DNA of 64,000 nt from Limnothrix sp. BL-A-16 (GTDB lineage: Bacteria > Cyanobacteriota > Cyanobacteriia > CACIAM-69d). The translations under genes and the position numbers were made by a program. The stretch covers positions 3,232,001 through 3,296,000 of the forward strand of contig CP166615.1 of the NCBI GenBank assembly GCA_041937175.2. Direction: 5' to 3'. Positions within the stretch are counted from its first letter, which is position 1. Every line of letters begins with the position of its first letter. Below, in pieces: positions 29,978-39,357 of this stretch. The notes below the pieces were generated by a model, which worked only from the letters and a program-made list of their open reading frames with translations, ran no database searches and was not told the DNA's origin.

Positions 29978-31843
29978 GTTTCCAATCAAGTGGGGGCCCC
30001 AGCGAGTGGGGCCCTGGTTGAACTGGCCTACAAGGTCAACGAAATCCCGGCGTTTCCAATCAAGTGGGGGCCCCAGCGAGTGGGGCCTCTGCTGTGCCGA
30101 CCACCAATGGGGCCGTTGAGGTGGGTCAGCCAGTTTCCAATCAAGTGGGGGCCCCAGCGAGTGGGGCCCGATCCACGGATTTTGGTGCAATCCCACCCGA
30201 TCGCTCAAGGTTTCCAATCAAGTGGGGGCCCCAGCGAGTGGGGCCAACCAAGGCAGCGGAAGCGCTGGGAGCTAAGTTCGATGCGCTGGTTTCCAATCAA
30301 GTGGGGGCCCCAGCGAGTGGGGCCTTGAGATCCCACCTGTACTAATCAATTCGCTGATGTTTCCAATCAAGTGGGGGCCCCAGCGAGTGGGGCCAAGACC
30401 GCTCTTTACTTTGAAGAATCCGAAGCAACGCGAAAGTTTCCAATCAAGTGGGGGCCCCAGCGAGTGGGGCCTTGGGATTGCCGTAATTACTTCTGCGACT
30501 GAACCCCCGGGTTTCCAATCAAGTGGGGGCCCCAGCGAGTGGGGCCATGGAACACTGGCAGGCGGATGGACTACTCCCCGAAGCGGTTTCCAATCAAGTG
30601 GGGGCCCCAGCGAGTGGGGCCTCCGTTGTTGTTGAGAGGTGAGGACTCGGGCGATCGATCAGTGTTTCCAATCAAGTGGGGGCCCCAGCGAGTGGGGCCT
30701 AGAAACCTTGCTGGCTAAGGAGCCGGAGTTGAAATACCAGTGTTTCCAATCAAGTGGGGGCCCCAGCGAGTGGGGCCGATTTGGGCGCGGAGACCAGCAA
30801 CTTCCTTGATGTCCTCGTTTCCAATCAAGTGGGGGCCCCAGCGAGTGGGGCCTTTGCATCGATCAATTGCCGATTGAGGGCCCGGTCAAGTTTCCAATCA
30901 AGTGGGGGCCCCAGCGAGTGGGGCCTCGAGTGTCTGGTTGGTTGTCCAGATCGAAAAAGAAACTCACTGTTTCCAATCAAGTGGGGGCCCCAGCGAGTGG
31001 GGCCACTGATCGAAACCTCCTGATTCCGCATTGGAAGGGTTTGCACTGTTTCCAATCAAGTGGGGGCCCCAGCGAGTGGGGCCTTGACATGGACTACGAC
31101 GAAGAGTTAAAGTTCGCGATCGCCTACTGGTTTCCAATCAAGTGGGGGCCCCAGCGAGTGGGGCCTTTGATCGCTTGCGTGAACGTGTTGACGCTCTTGA
31201 GAGTTTCCAATCAAGTGGGGGCCCCAGCGAGTGGGGCCGAGATTCGATACTTCGAGGGGGGATCCTGCAAGGCGAAATTGTTTCCAATCAAGTGGGGGCC
31301 CCAGCGAGTGGGGCCCTCTCTATTTTGAAGAGGCTGAGGCAGTTAGAAATTGTTTCCAATCAAGTGGGGGCCCCAGCGAGTGGGGCCTTTGGAAGCCAGT
31401 CAACGGGTGATAGACCAGCGCCAAAACGTTTCCAATCAAGTGGGGGCCCCAGCGAGTGGGGCCTTTGCCTGCTTTCTTGGCTTCTTATTTGATTAATGGC
31501 GAGTTTCCAATCAAGTGGGGGCCCCAGCGAGTGGGGCCCTAGATTCTAAGCAGATCGGTCAACTGACTGATGAGTGGTTTCCAATCAAGTGGGGGCCCCA
31601 GCGAGTGGGGCCCAATTAAGAGCCATGCCTAAAAAGATACCCAATCCAGGTTTCCAATCAAGTGGGGGCCCCAGCGAGTGGGGCCGTTTTGTTATGTCCC
31701 TACACATTCTTCGTGGCGCATATAACTGGTTTCCAATCAAGTGGGGGCCCCAGCGAGTGGGGCCTTGGTGACTGTTCTGACAGTAGCGATATAACCTTCG
31801 TCGTCGTGTTTCCAATCAAGTGGGGGCCCCAGCGAGTGGGGCC
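29978..31843 (-). CRISPR. CRISPR array: 25 identical 36-bp repeats (minus strand GGCCCCACTCGCTGGGGCCCCCACTTGATTGGAAAC), 24 spacers of 34-46 nt
   Basis: Counted directly; orientation from the 3' GAAAC end, right-side leader and left degenerate repeat. Confidence 0.98.
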
Positions 31844-32050
31844 TCCCCCCCAAATTAACCCTTGTGGCGTAAGGGTTGCAAGGTGCTCGATCTACAACCT
31901 CCCAAAGGACTGGACAAAACCCAAATTTTTGTTCCATGGAAAACGTCCAAAGCTCTTGCCCCACAACCGATCCACAACCTCCACGACAAAATGCGGGTTT
32001 CAGCCGATCGCCCCAGGTTGTAGATTTCCGACACATTGCGTTACAAAATG
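31844..32050 (-). promoter_or_regulatory. CRISPR leader
   Basis: Non-coding; GATC(T/C)ACAACCT motifs at 31889 and 31969 with an inverted copy at 32015-32025. Confidence 0.75.
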
Positions 32051-32123
32051 ACCGATCCTGACGGCGACGACAGCGGCCGCCCGCCCCAAACCTCCGCCTG
32101 GGCCAGCATTTGAACGGGCATAG

Positions 32124-33374
32124 TTACGTCGCCAAAGCCGATCGAATTTCGGCATTCAGGCGATCGAACGGATTATCTGTTAGCGAAACCGTCACAATTC
32201 CCTTCAAAATTCGGCGCAATTGATTCAACACCTCGTCAGGATTTTCCATGCGCGAAATACCCTTAAACTCATGCACCATTTGATTGCGATCGGCGCAGAG
32301 ATTTTCAATTTTGTCTAAATCTTTCAGCAGTTCTTTCGAGTCAGGATAACAATCCAAAATCAGCCGCATGGTCAGGCGATTGGGAAAATAGCTGGTGCGG
32401 ACGGCGCGATTTTTGGGGGCTGCCTGCTCTAGGGTGCGATAGACTTCACCGGATTTGAGAGCCTTGACCGCTTCCCAGAATCGATCGGTGTCGGCCTCAT
32501 TTTTGGGAAATTCTGCTAGCTGCCCGATCGCGTATTTCAGCACATTTTCTTGGATGCCAAATACTCGCGTAAAAAAGGTGAAATAGTCGCGATTGTTCAG
32601 CGACAACACTGCATTGAAATAGGCTTCCGCCAAAACCGTGGGCTTGTGTCCCGATCGCAGCTTGCCAATGTCCTTAGCCCAGCGATCGTCGATTTGGCCC
32701 GCCAGATTCTGAATCGCATCGTTGGCCCCATGAAAGTCGAAAGCCTTGCGACAACGGGCATATTCCAACAACCCTTGCAGGCGATCGGTTGCTAACTGGC
32801 TGGCTTCCAACTCCAACCAAGCACCGCTGTAGTTGTAGTCGGCAATTTGTTGCTCAATTCGCTTGCGATCGAACTCCTGCCGCAACACCAAAACATCAGT
32901 CGCAAACACCCGACTTTGATTCGGCTGCATTTTCTCGGGATTGCGAACTTGCCACACTTGGCTGTTACCGGCATAGCCCGCCGCCTGCAACAAACTGAAG
33001 GCCGATTTCATCGCTGGCGTACCCGAAGAGGCGTTAAATTCAATGCGATCGCCTGGCTCCAGCAGTAATTTCACCTGCTCCAAACCACGCTTCGCTTCTT
33101 GGGCTGCCAATAACAAATCGGTCGGGTCTTTTGAGAGTTGATTGCTAGTGGGAATTAGCTCCACCGACAACCCCGATAATTGCGCTTCTGATTCGATATG
33201 ATCTTGGGTGTCGCGGGCGTTTTTGGCTGTGCCTTCCGTATGGAGCAACAGCACTTTTTTAATCGTTGTCCCCCGATTCAACAAAAATCGCAGCAAACTA
33301 ATGATCGATCCTTCGGTTTCCGTCGCGGCAAACGGATCTTGATTACCCACAAACGACAAAACAACACTAGCCAT
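32124..33374 (-). CDS. CARF (RtcR/Csm6-like) + HEPN ribonuclease, putative cOA effector
   Basis: SFVGNQDP, DPTD, NASSGTPAMK CARF motifs; C-terminal RNQMVH (Rx4H). Confidence 0.78.
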   Translation of the reverse strand: MASVVLSFVGNQDPFAATETEGSIISLLRFLLNRGTTIKKVLLLHTEGTAKNARDTQDHIESEAQLSGLSVELIPTSNQLSKDPTDLLLAAQEAKRGLEQVKLLLEPGDRIEFNASSGTPAMKSAFSLLQAAGYAGNSQVWQVRNPEKMQPNQSRVFATDVLVLRQEFDRKRIEQQIADYNYSGAWLELEASQLATDRLQGLLEYARCRKAFDFHGANDAIQNLAGQIDDRWAKDIGKLRSGHKPTVLAEAYFNAVLSLNNRDYFTFFTRVFGIQENVLKYAIGQLAEFPKNEADTDRFWEAVKALKSGEVYRTLEQAAPKNRAVRTSYFPNRLTMRLILDCYPDSKELLKDLDKIENLCADRNQMVHEFKGISRMENPDEVLNQLRRILKGIVTVSLTDNPFDRLNAEIRSALAT

Positions 33375-33422
33375 GATTTTGAGTTTAGAGAGATCGGCTT
33401 TAGTTTGGAGAAAAATCAACCA

Positions 33423-34085
33423 TCAATCGACCAGTTCAGATTTGGCTACGGGTCTCGTGTTTATCTCTGTTTGAATTTGGGCATAAAGCAATTGAGCCTG
33501 TCCCTCGATGGATAAACTAGATGAAATGCCAATCGCTAGACCAAGGAACAATCCCATCAGGAAAGTGCCTATAAATCCACTAAATCCTAGAAAACCACCC
33601 AAAACCAACCCTAAAAGCAGTCCAAACAATCCTCCAAAAATGCTATAGCCTAACAATAAAGATTTCGCTTGGTTGCGAAGTCTGGATGCTACTTTTAAGG
33701 CAAATTCGGGATTATAAACCAGTCGCATTTGATCAGAAGACTGTGATAATTCTGAGTACACTGATTCAGAGTATTGCTGATGAACTTCAGTGCCCGTTAA
33801 ATAAAAAATCTCATTCCAAATAGGTCTAAGTTGTCCAGTTTTTCTGGCTTCAAGGTTCAGAACTTCGATTCCTTCCGGTTGAATCGTTTTGAGGCCACGC
33901 ATCAGGCGATCGCGGATTTGTTCTAGTTGGGGTGGATTTTCTCCCTCAAAGGTCAGCTTCAGTTCATTGCCGTTGGTGCGGCCTTTACAAGTCCAGCCCT
34001 CTTTTTGGAACGATCGATTCAGCATCGCCGCGATCGCCCCTGGTTTGCCCTGTTTTGCCAAGTTGAGAAGCGTGTTATCTGCCAT
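33423..34085 (-). CDS. Hypothetical membrane protein within the cas operon
   Basis: Soluble N-terminal domain (LAKQGKPGAIAAMLNRS) plus Gly-rich two-TM hairpin. Confidence 0.75.
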   Translation of the reverse strand: MADNTLLNLAKQGKPGAIAAMLNRSFQKEGWTCKGRTNGNELKLTFEGENPPQLEQIRDRLMRGLKTIQPEGIEVLNLEARKTGQLRPIWNEIFYLTGTEVHQQYSESVYSELSQSSDQMRLVYNPEFALKVASRLRNQAKSLLLGYSIFGGLFGLLLGLVLGGFLGFSGFIGTFLMGLFLGLAIGISSSLSIEGQAQLLYAQIQTEINTRPVAKSELVD

Positions 34086-34148
34086 GACTGGATTCCTCCA
34101 AGGTTGATACACAACAAACGTGAAAAGGGCGATCGCAGAGCAAGCCAA

Positions 34149-34808
34149 TCACTGGCGATCGGAGATCACACTAGATCGCAACTGTTGGCGAAGCTGGGCT
34201 TCCGCTGCAATTTCATCTTGTTCAGAAGCCGCCAAAAATTGATAGAGCTGGGCTTTTTCGATTGTGGGAAAGGTGGGACTTTGGCTCAGTTCTTGATAGG
34301 TTCGATCAGTTTGGAGGGCATAAATTTTCCATTCCTGACCGTTGTAGCGCCAAAATTCAGGAATTCCGAGGCTGGCGTAGAGGTTGAGCTTGTCGATGTC
34401 GGTGTGGGTGATGTCAATTTCTACGACCAGATCAGGCGGTGGATCGGTGTTCAGATCAATAGTTTTGCCAGCGACTTTGGGTTGATTTTGAATGTAGTAA
34501 GCGAGGTCTGGTTCGGCGGCGCGATCGAGATCGGGGCGATCGAGCCTGGTCGATCCCAAGCTTTTGAGTTTTAGCCCCAGTTCTGCAACCAAGATGCGAA
34601 TAAACAAGCCGATTAATTCACGGGAAAATTCATGCAGTTCCAGGGGCATAACAAGTTCAATTTTGCCGCGATCGTAGGTTAGCCGCACCGATCGTTCTTC
34701 CCCCAACGCGGCTAGCAAGTGGCGATATTGTTCAGGGGTGCGATCGCATAACAAAAAACGCTGCTCTGCGATCGGTCTAGATAGTTTGGACTGAATCAAA
34801 ACAGTCAT
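34149..34808 (-). CDS. Uma2-family (PD-(D/E)XK) endonuclease
   Basis: EPDLAYY, PPDLVVEIDIT, YASLGIPEFWRY. Confidence 0.9.
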   Translation of the reverse strand: MTVLIQSKLSRPIAEQRFLLCDRTPEQYRHLLAALGEERSVRLTYDRGKIELVMPLELHEFSRELIGLFIRILVAELGLKLKSLGSTRLDRPDLDRAAEPDLAYYIQNQPKVAGKTIDLNTDPPPDLVVEIDITHTDIDKLNLYASLGIPEFWRYNGQEWKIYALQTDRTYQELSQSPTFPTIEKAQLYQFLAASEQDEIAAEAQLRQQLRSSVISDRQ

Positions 34809-34835
34809 AGTCTTACAAAGCCCCTATTGCAGTCA

Positions 34836-36323
34836 TTACAGCTCATTAACTTCCTCAACTAGTTTCTGATGTACCAAAACCATCAGACTGGCAACACCAT
34901 CTTCATCATCAACTTGATCGATTAACTTGAAGTTTTGATCAGAAATAAAATTTAGGCAATTCAAAACACACTTTTTCCAAAGACTTTCAGGATCAAAGGC
35001 TCTGGGATCAATTTTCCAAGCCTGGAAAACGGATTCTTTTCCTTTTAATCCTGAAAGTTGATGAAATAAGTCATTTCTATTCTTAAATACATGATTCCCA
35101 AACGTCCATATATCTAGATTTCGTGATTTATCAATTCGCTTCTCAAGGTTAAGGGCAAAATATAAGTCTTTTCCATAGCGATTGAGATTCTTTTCTCCGA
35201 TAGTGATAACTCTTGATTCAGCAGGAAATTTCCGATCAGCCCATTTTCGCAATAGTCCCTCAACAGCCCGAAAGCTGTGGAACATAGCTTCCACAGTGTC
35301 TACGCGCTCCAGGCGCTTCACGGCTAGATAAGCAGACTCATAGGCTGTTGACCACCACAATTGCTTTCTTTGAAGAGCCAAGTCATGAAAGTAAGGAATT
35401 AAACTTAGCGTGTCAAAGAACTTGTCGAATTCTGCAAAATTCCACTGAATTGCAGCCTCCAGCAATAGGCTCAGCTCTTGAGATAATCCAAAATTGAGCA
35501 ATTCTTGAACTGCTGCATAATTGCCAAATTTCAGTAGCTCTCTTGCTTGTTGCTTTTTAATTCCGCGCAGATAGCTAGAGCTTTCAATGAACTGCGCTGA
35601 GTTTTCTTGAGTGTCGCTTGTCTTGAGATTATTTTGATTTTCACTGGTGACTAAGAAACGTACGCGATCGCCAAAGTAGGACAAGGACATAAACTGCACA
35701 GCCGAAGAAATAGCCGGTGTGCTAGCCTGATGGCTCACGTACACTTGCTCAAGCTCGCCATCAGTTGCCAGTAGATCATTATTTAAAACGGCAAATTTTT
35801 GGCGCACCAGCTCCAGTACTGAATCCCAATTATCCAAACTGTCCGCAACAGTCTCTGGTTGCAAAACAATTGGCTCTACTACTTGAGCATTCGGCAACTG
35901 CTCGCTAAAGTAGCGCTTTAAAATTGGGAGCAGTTCAGAAGTATCTTGCCAATACGGGCTTTTTACCCCTCGTTCAGTCCGACCATCTGCAAAAATCTTG
36001 GATTGGTCAGTCAGGACTAGAACGATTTGATTTAGTTCACCAGGCTGCCGCACTTTCCGAGTGAAGTTTTCTAAAAGAGGAAAAACCAGTTGGCAAAAAA
36101 TAGTGCTTTGGATCTCTGATTGATTTTGATAAACAGACCCAAGAACCCGTGCAGGAACGCGAAGCACTTCATCATTACTTTTAAAGTGAATCTTCTTAAA
36201 ATCTACATGATACTTCTCATCATAATCTACTTCAAGACACTCATACCAGTCATCCCAGCAAGAGTTTCTTTTCAACTGAATATCGCTGCTGCCGATTGTC
36301 AAAATCCAAATCTTAATCTTCAT
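34836..36323 (-). CDS. Divergent CARF-like + HEPN protein, putative second effector
   Basis: TIGSSD, LTDQ, QDT, HQASTPAIS Rossmann-like motifs; FRAVE and RNDLFH (Rx4H). Confidence 0.62.
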   Translation of the reverse strand: MKIKIWILTIGSSDIQLKRNSCWDDWYECLEVDYDEKYHVDFKKIHFKSNDEVLRVPARVLGSVYQNQSEIQSTIFCQLVFPLLENFTRKVRQPGELNQIVLVLTDQSKIFADGRTERGVKSPYWQDTSELLPILKRYFSEQLPNAQVVEPIVLQPETVADSLDNWDSVLELVRQKFAVLNNDLLATDGELEQVYVSHQASTPAISSAVQFMSLSYFGDRVRFLVTSENQNNLKTSDTQENSAQFIESSSYLRGIKKQQARELLKFGNYAAVQELLNFGLSQELSLLLEAAIQWNFAEFDKFFDTLSLIPYFHDLALQRKQLWWSTAYESAYLAVKRLERVDTVEAMFHSFRAVEGLLRKWADRKFPAESRVITIGEKNLNRYGKDLYFALNLEKRIDKSRNLDIWTFGNHVFKNRNDLFHQLSGLKGKESVFQAWKIDPRAFDPESLWKKCVLNCLNFISDQNFKLIDQVDDEDGVASLMVLVHQKLVEEVNEL

Positions 36324-36327
36324 AACA

Positions 36328-38115
36328 TTAGTTCCTTCCCCAAACTAGTTGAAACTCTGCTGGATCAGTTGATGAGGATTTCAAAAAATCAAGAAACTCT
36401 CTACATTCGTTAGAGTCGTCCAAGAAAATTGTTAAAATCTCGAAGAATTGATCAGTTTGAATAGCCATTTTCTCTCCTGGCTGATTAGGATTGTCAATTA
36501 AGCAAATTTTAGGATACATGCGATGGATAACTCTACCAATAGTAGATTTGTCAGATTCAACTAACCCCGTTAGAGAAGTCTTGTAAATTGATTTCTCCTG
36601 CTCAGTCTTCAAAATTGCCCGTTGATAAGGCTTATGAAACCAAGACACTGCACGAGAATCACTCATACCTTCAGCCAAACGTGCCCACACTTCAACTTTG
36701 CTAGGATGCCAAGACTCTCGCCAATTTTTAGCCCATCGATCTGATTGAATGGTTAACTTTTCTTGCTGTTCGAGCCATTCACGTTTCAATTCCATCCATT
36801 CACTCGCTGTTGATCGAACACTATCTAAAAACGAGCAAATGCTTTTAATACTCGAAACACTCCTATTGAGTCTCCGGCTCTTTTCATCTGACCACTCCCA
36901 ATGGCAACCAATTAGAGGCTTATAACCGCGAGAATTTTGATAGTAGACATTCCAAAATTTTTGGTGATCAACTCGTCGCCAAGATTTTCCGAATCCACCT
37001 AAAAATAAAGCAAACTGCATCAGCTTTTTAATTAGCTTTGCTAGTGTTTTTTCGTGATGAGAATCATCTAGTGATCGATTTAGAAGCCAAACCAAATTCC
37101 CTTCAACAACATACTGTCCTGAAGGAAAAGGTTCGACATTTGGTGGCAACGGGTGAAACTGGAATCCAAGTAAACCAACAGTTGGTTTGTTAGATTGAAT
37201 CCCTCCAAAAAGGTCTTCAACTAGTCGCTCTGCTATTTTACAATCTGTCAAGCCACCAAATAGACGCAAAGCATGGCCTCGCAATGCAGCACGAAAAATA
37301 TTAGGGCGAAACTCAGCTGAGCCATCTAGCAGCTTGGGGGCTTGCCCTTGACCCTTGAGTTTTGCTGAATACAAAACCTTACGCACCTTAACAGATGTCG
37401 CTTTCACAGACTGCCCATAGCCCGTGGCAGTCTTAGAACCCAAGCCAACGGATAGTGCTCGCTCCCAAATTGTCCAAATCGTTTGCCACTCAGCATTCAA
37501 TAGTGGTTGATTACTCGAAATGGCAAAACGCAACTTTGGCTGATACAGTGAAACCATGGAATAGGCCGTTTCACCAGACGGCTTTTTATCTGTTTTCATG
37601 GTTTTAACCTGCCATTCTTGCTGAGGGTGAACAAGGTCAATTAGGCCCTTTGTCCAATCATTGGTTGGATAAGCACCAAGAAAGCGCAGAATTCCGGGGC
37701 ATAGATCGGTTTCTTTGCCGCAATAGCGATCAGTGCTGCCTACCAACACCATTCCTAATGCCTCGGCCTGCTCACAGGCACTCCGAAACGCCCCCTTCAT
37801 ACTGCTGCCTGGATAGAACGGAATTCCCGCCTTCCCCAAAACCGGCCGAATAATCCCATCATCCTGACCTCCATTAGTGACAAATCGCCAGGAAATTTGA
37901 TAGGACTTAGCACTATAAACCGGTGTTTGTTCGTCCTTAGCATCCCGAGCAGGAATCTGTTCAGCCTTGTCAATCCACTCATTAACCCACTTATCAATGT
38001 CGCGTGGTTGGCCGTCTTTAGTTTTACCTGCATATTGCAGTTTGGATCGCCCATCAATCTGAGCGCGAAACATCCTCGGTACTTCTTCATAGCTGTCAGG
38101 AATCGCTGGCATCAT
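36328..38115 (-). CDS. cmr6: Cmr6-Cmr1 fusion RAMP protein
   Basis: First RAMP (PGSSMKGAFR...GLGSKTATGYG), second RAMP (FRAALRGH...LGGFGKSWRR). Confidence 0.82.
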   Translation of the reverse strand: MMPAIPDSYEEVPRMFRAQIDGRSKLQYAGKTKDGQPRDIDKWVNEWIDKAEQIPARDAKDEQTPVYSAKSYQISWRFVTNGGQDDGIIRPVLGKAGIPFYPGSSMKGAFRSACEQAEALGMVLVGSTDRYCGKETDLCPGILRFLGAYPTNDWTKGLIDLVHPQQEWQVKTMKTDKKPSGETAYSMVSLYQPKLRFAISSNQPLLNAEWQTIWTIWERALSVGLGSKTATGYGQSVKATSVKVRKVLYSAKLKGQGQAPKLLDGSAEFRPNIFRAALRGHALRLFGGLTDCKIAERLVEDLFGGIQSNKPTVGLLGFQFHPLPPNVEPFPSGQYVVEGNLVWLLNRSLDDSHHEKTLAKLIKKLMQFALFLGGFGKSWRRVDHQKFWNVYYQNSRGYKPLIGCHWEWSDEKSRRLNRSVSSIKSICSFLDSVRSTASEWMELKREWLEQQEKLTIQSDRWAKNWRESWHPSKVEVWARLAEGMSDSRAVSWFHKPYQRAILKTEQEKSIYKTSLTGLVESDKSTIGRVIHRMYPKICLIDNPNQPGEKMAIQTDQFFEILTIFLDDSNECREFLDFLKSSSTDPAEFQLVWGRN

Positions 38116-38116
38116 C

Positions 38117-38545
38117 TCACTTCCCAATTTTGTAACGCTGAGTCCACCAAACCAAGCAATCGCAAAGCTGTGTCAAAACGGCGATCGCCACTCGTTGATC
38201 TTCAATTGATAAAGACCAAAGTTTTTTGGAAACTTCTTCAATCTTTTTGGAAGCTTCTGAATTTTTTAAATCAACAGTGTCTTTAGGCAATAGAATTCCA
38301 GCGTCTTCCATTACTCCACAGAAGGCATCCCACGTATCTTTCCAATATTTAGATTTTGCCACCTCCAGATTCTCTTTTTTATTACCACTAGCCAAGCGCA
38401 AATGTTCTCCCCAAAATCGCTCTAGTCCATAGGCCACGGACATACGCATTTTGTGGGATTGATTCATAGAGTCTGGATCACGCTCACGTGCTGACAACAC
38501 CAATTTCTGCGCAACACGATCAAGTTCATAGGACTTCCAAGTCAT
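38117..38545 (-). CDS. cmr5: Cmr5-like small subunit (Cas11)
   Basis: 142-aa helical protein between cmr4 and cmr6; YGLERFWGE and LVWW motifs. Confidence 0.72.
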   Translation of the reverse strand: MTWKSYELDRVAQKLVLSARERDPDSMNQSHKMRMSVAYGLERFWGEHLRLASGNKKENLEVAKSKYWKDTWDAFCGVMEDAGILLPKDTVDLKNSEASKKIEEVSKKLWSLSIEDQRVAIAVLTQLCDCLVWWTQRYKIGK

Positions 38546-39357
38546 TACTGGTCACCTCCTGAGAGCAACACACGACAGCGACCAAAGCCAATGGATTCGA
38601 GTCCACCAAAATAGATTTCAGATTCCTTATGCTCTCCAAAGGGTTCCCATCCGTGTTCTTTTAAGGCAATAGGAAAAATCATAATGCTCCCTTCTGGTAA
38701 AGCTTCAGTATTGAAAAATGCCCCCTTCGTAACCTTTTTCTCAGCATCATCGAGTTTGACTCGGCTTTGACGATAAAGTGCCATGTCATGCAGCATGGAA
38801 ATATCATTGTCATCAACGACCACGAGCTTATTTCGATCTAGATCAATATCAGCAGGCACCCAAGGAGATAGATCAGCCGTATTCGTAATCTCCAAAAATC
38901 CAAGATTGAAGAACAGAATTTTTCCTCGTCCTTGAACTTGTCGTCCTTGTAGCCCTTTTGGTGCAGTGTAGGGTGCAGGTACATCGGCTTTGATGCCTGT
39001 AATCCGTTTATAGCGCTTGAGCAAAGATGGGCAACTCACCCAAACCACCGGCTGTCCTGGACAGAAAACTGGAAACCAAACCAATGAAGCATATTCAAAC
39101 TTCACCAAGGCTTCAGTAGTTCCGCCATCTGGTTGATTATCTACAGCTTCATGACCATACCAGTAGTTAGTTGCTGTGCGATCCGAACCCCGCATCTCTG
39201 CCCGAAAGCGACCACGAATCGAACTACCGGGAATAATGCCGGTTTGGGTGAACTGATCCCGAAAGATTAGGTTCAAATTACCGGTTTCTTCACCCGCCGT
39301 TGCCCCCACATGCAACGGGGCAAGGGTTTCAATTATGCCGAACGCTCTGTTGTACAT
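38545..39357 (-). CDS. cmr4: Cmr4 (Cas7 backbone RAMP)
   Basis: PLHVG, IIPGSSIRGRFR, FNTEALPEG, GGLESIGFG. Confidence 0.9.
   Translation of the reverse strand: MYNRAFGIIETLAPLHVGATAGEETGNLNLIFRDQFTQTGIIPGSSIRGRFRAEMRGSDRTATNYWYGHEAVDNQPDGGTTEALVKFEYASLVWFPVFCPGQPVVWVSCPSLLKRYKRITGIKADVPAPYTAPKGLQGRQVQGRGKILFFNLGFLEITNTADLSPWVPADIDLDRNKLVVVDDNDISMLHDMALYRQSRVKLDDAEKKVTKGAFFNTEALPEGSIMIFPIALKEHGWEPFGEHKESEIYFGGLESIGFGRCRVLLSGGDQ

Noticed and set aside
30014..31807. Self-targeting spacers within the window
   Set aside because: No convincing match seen by eye; a proper alignment was not possible
29780..32061. Many short ORFs over the array and leader
   Set aside because: Translations of repeat and spacer sequence; not genes
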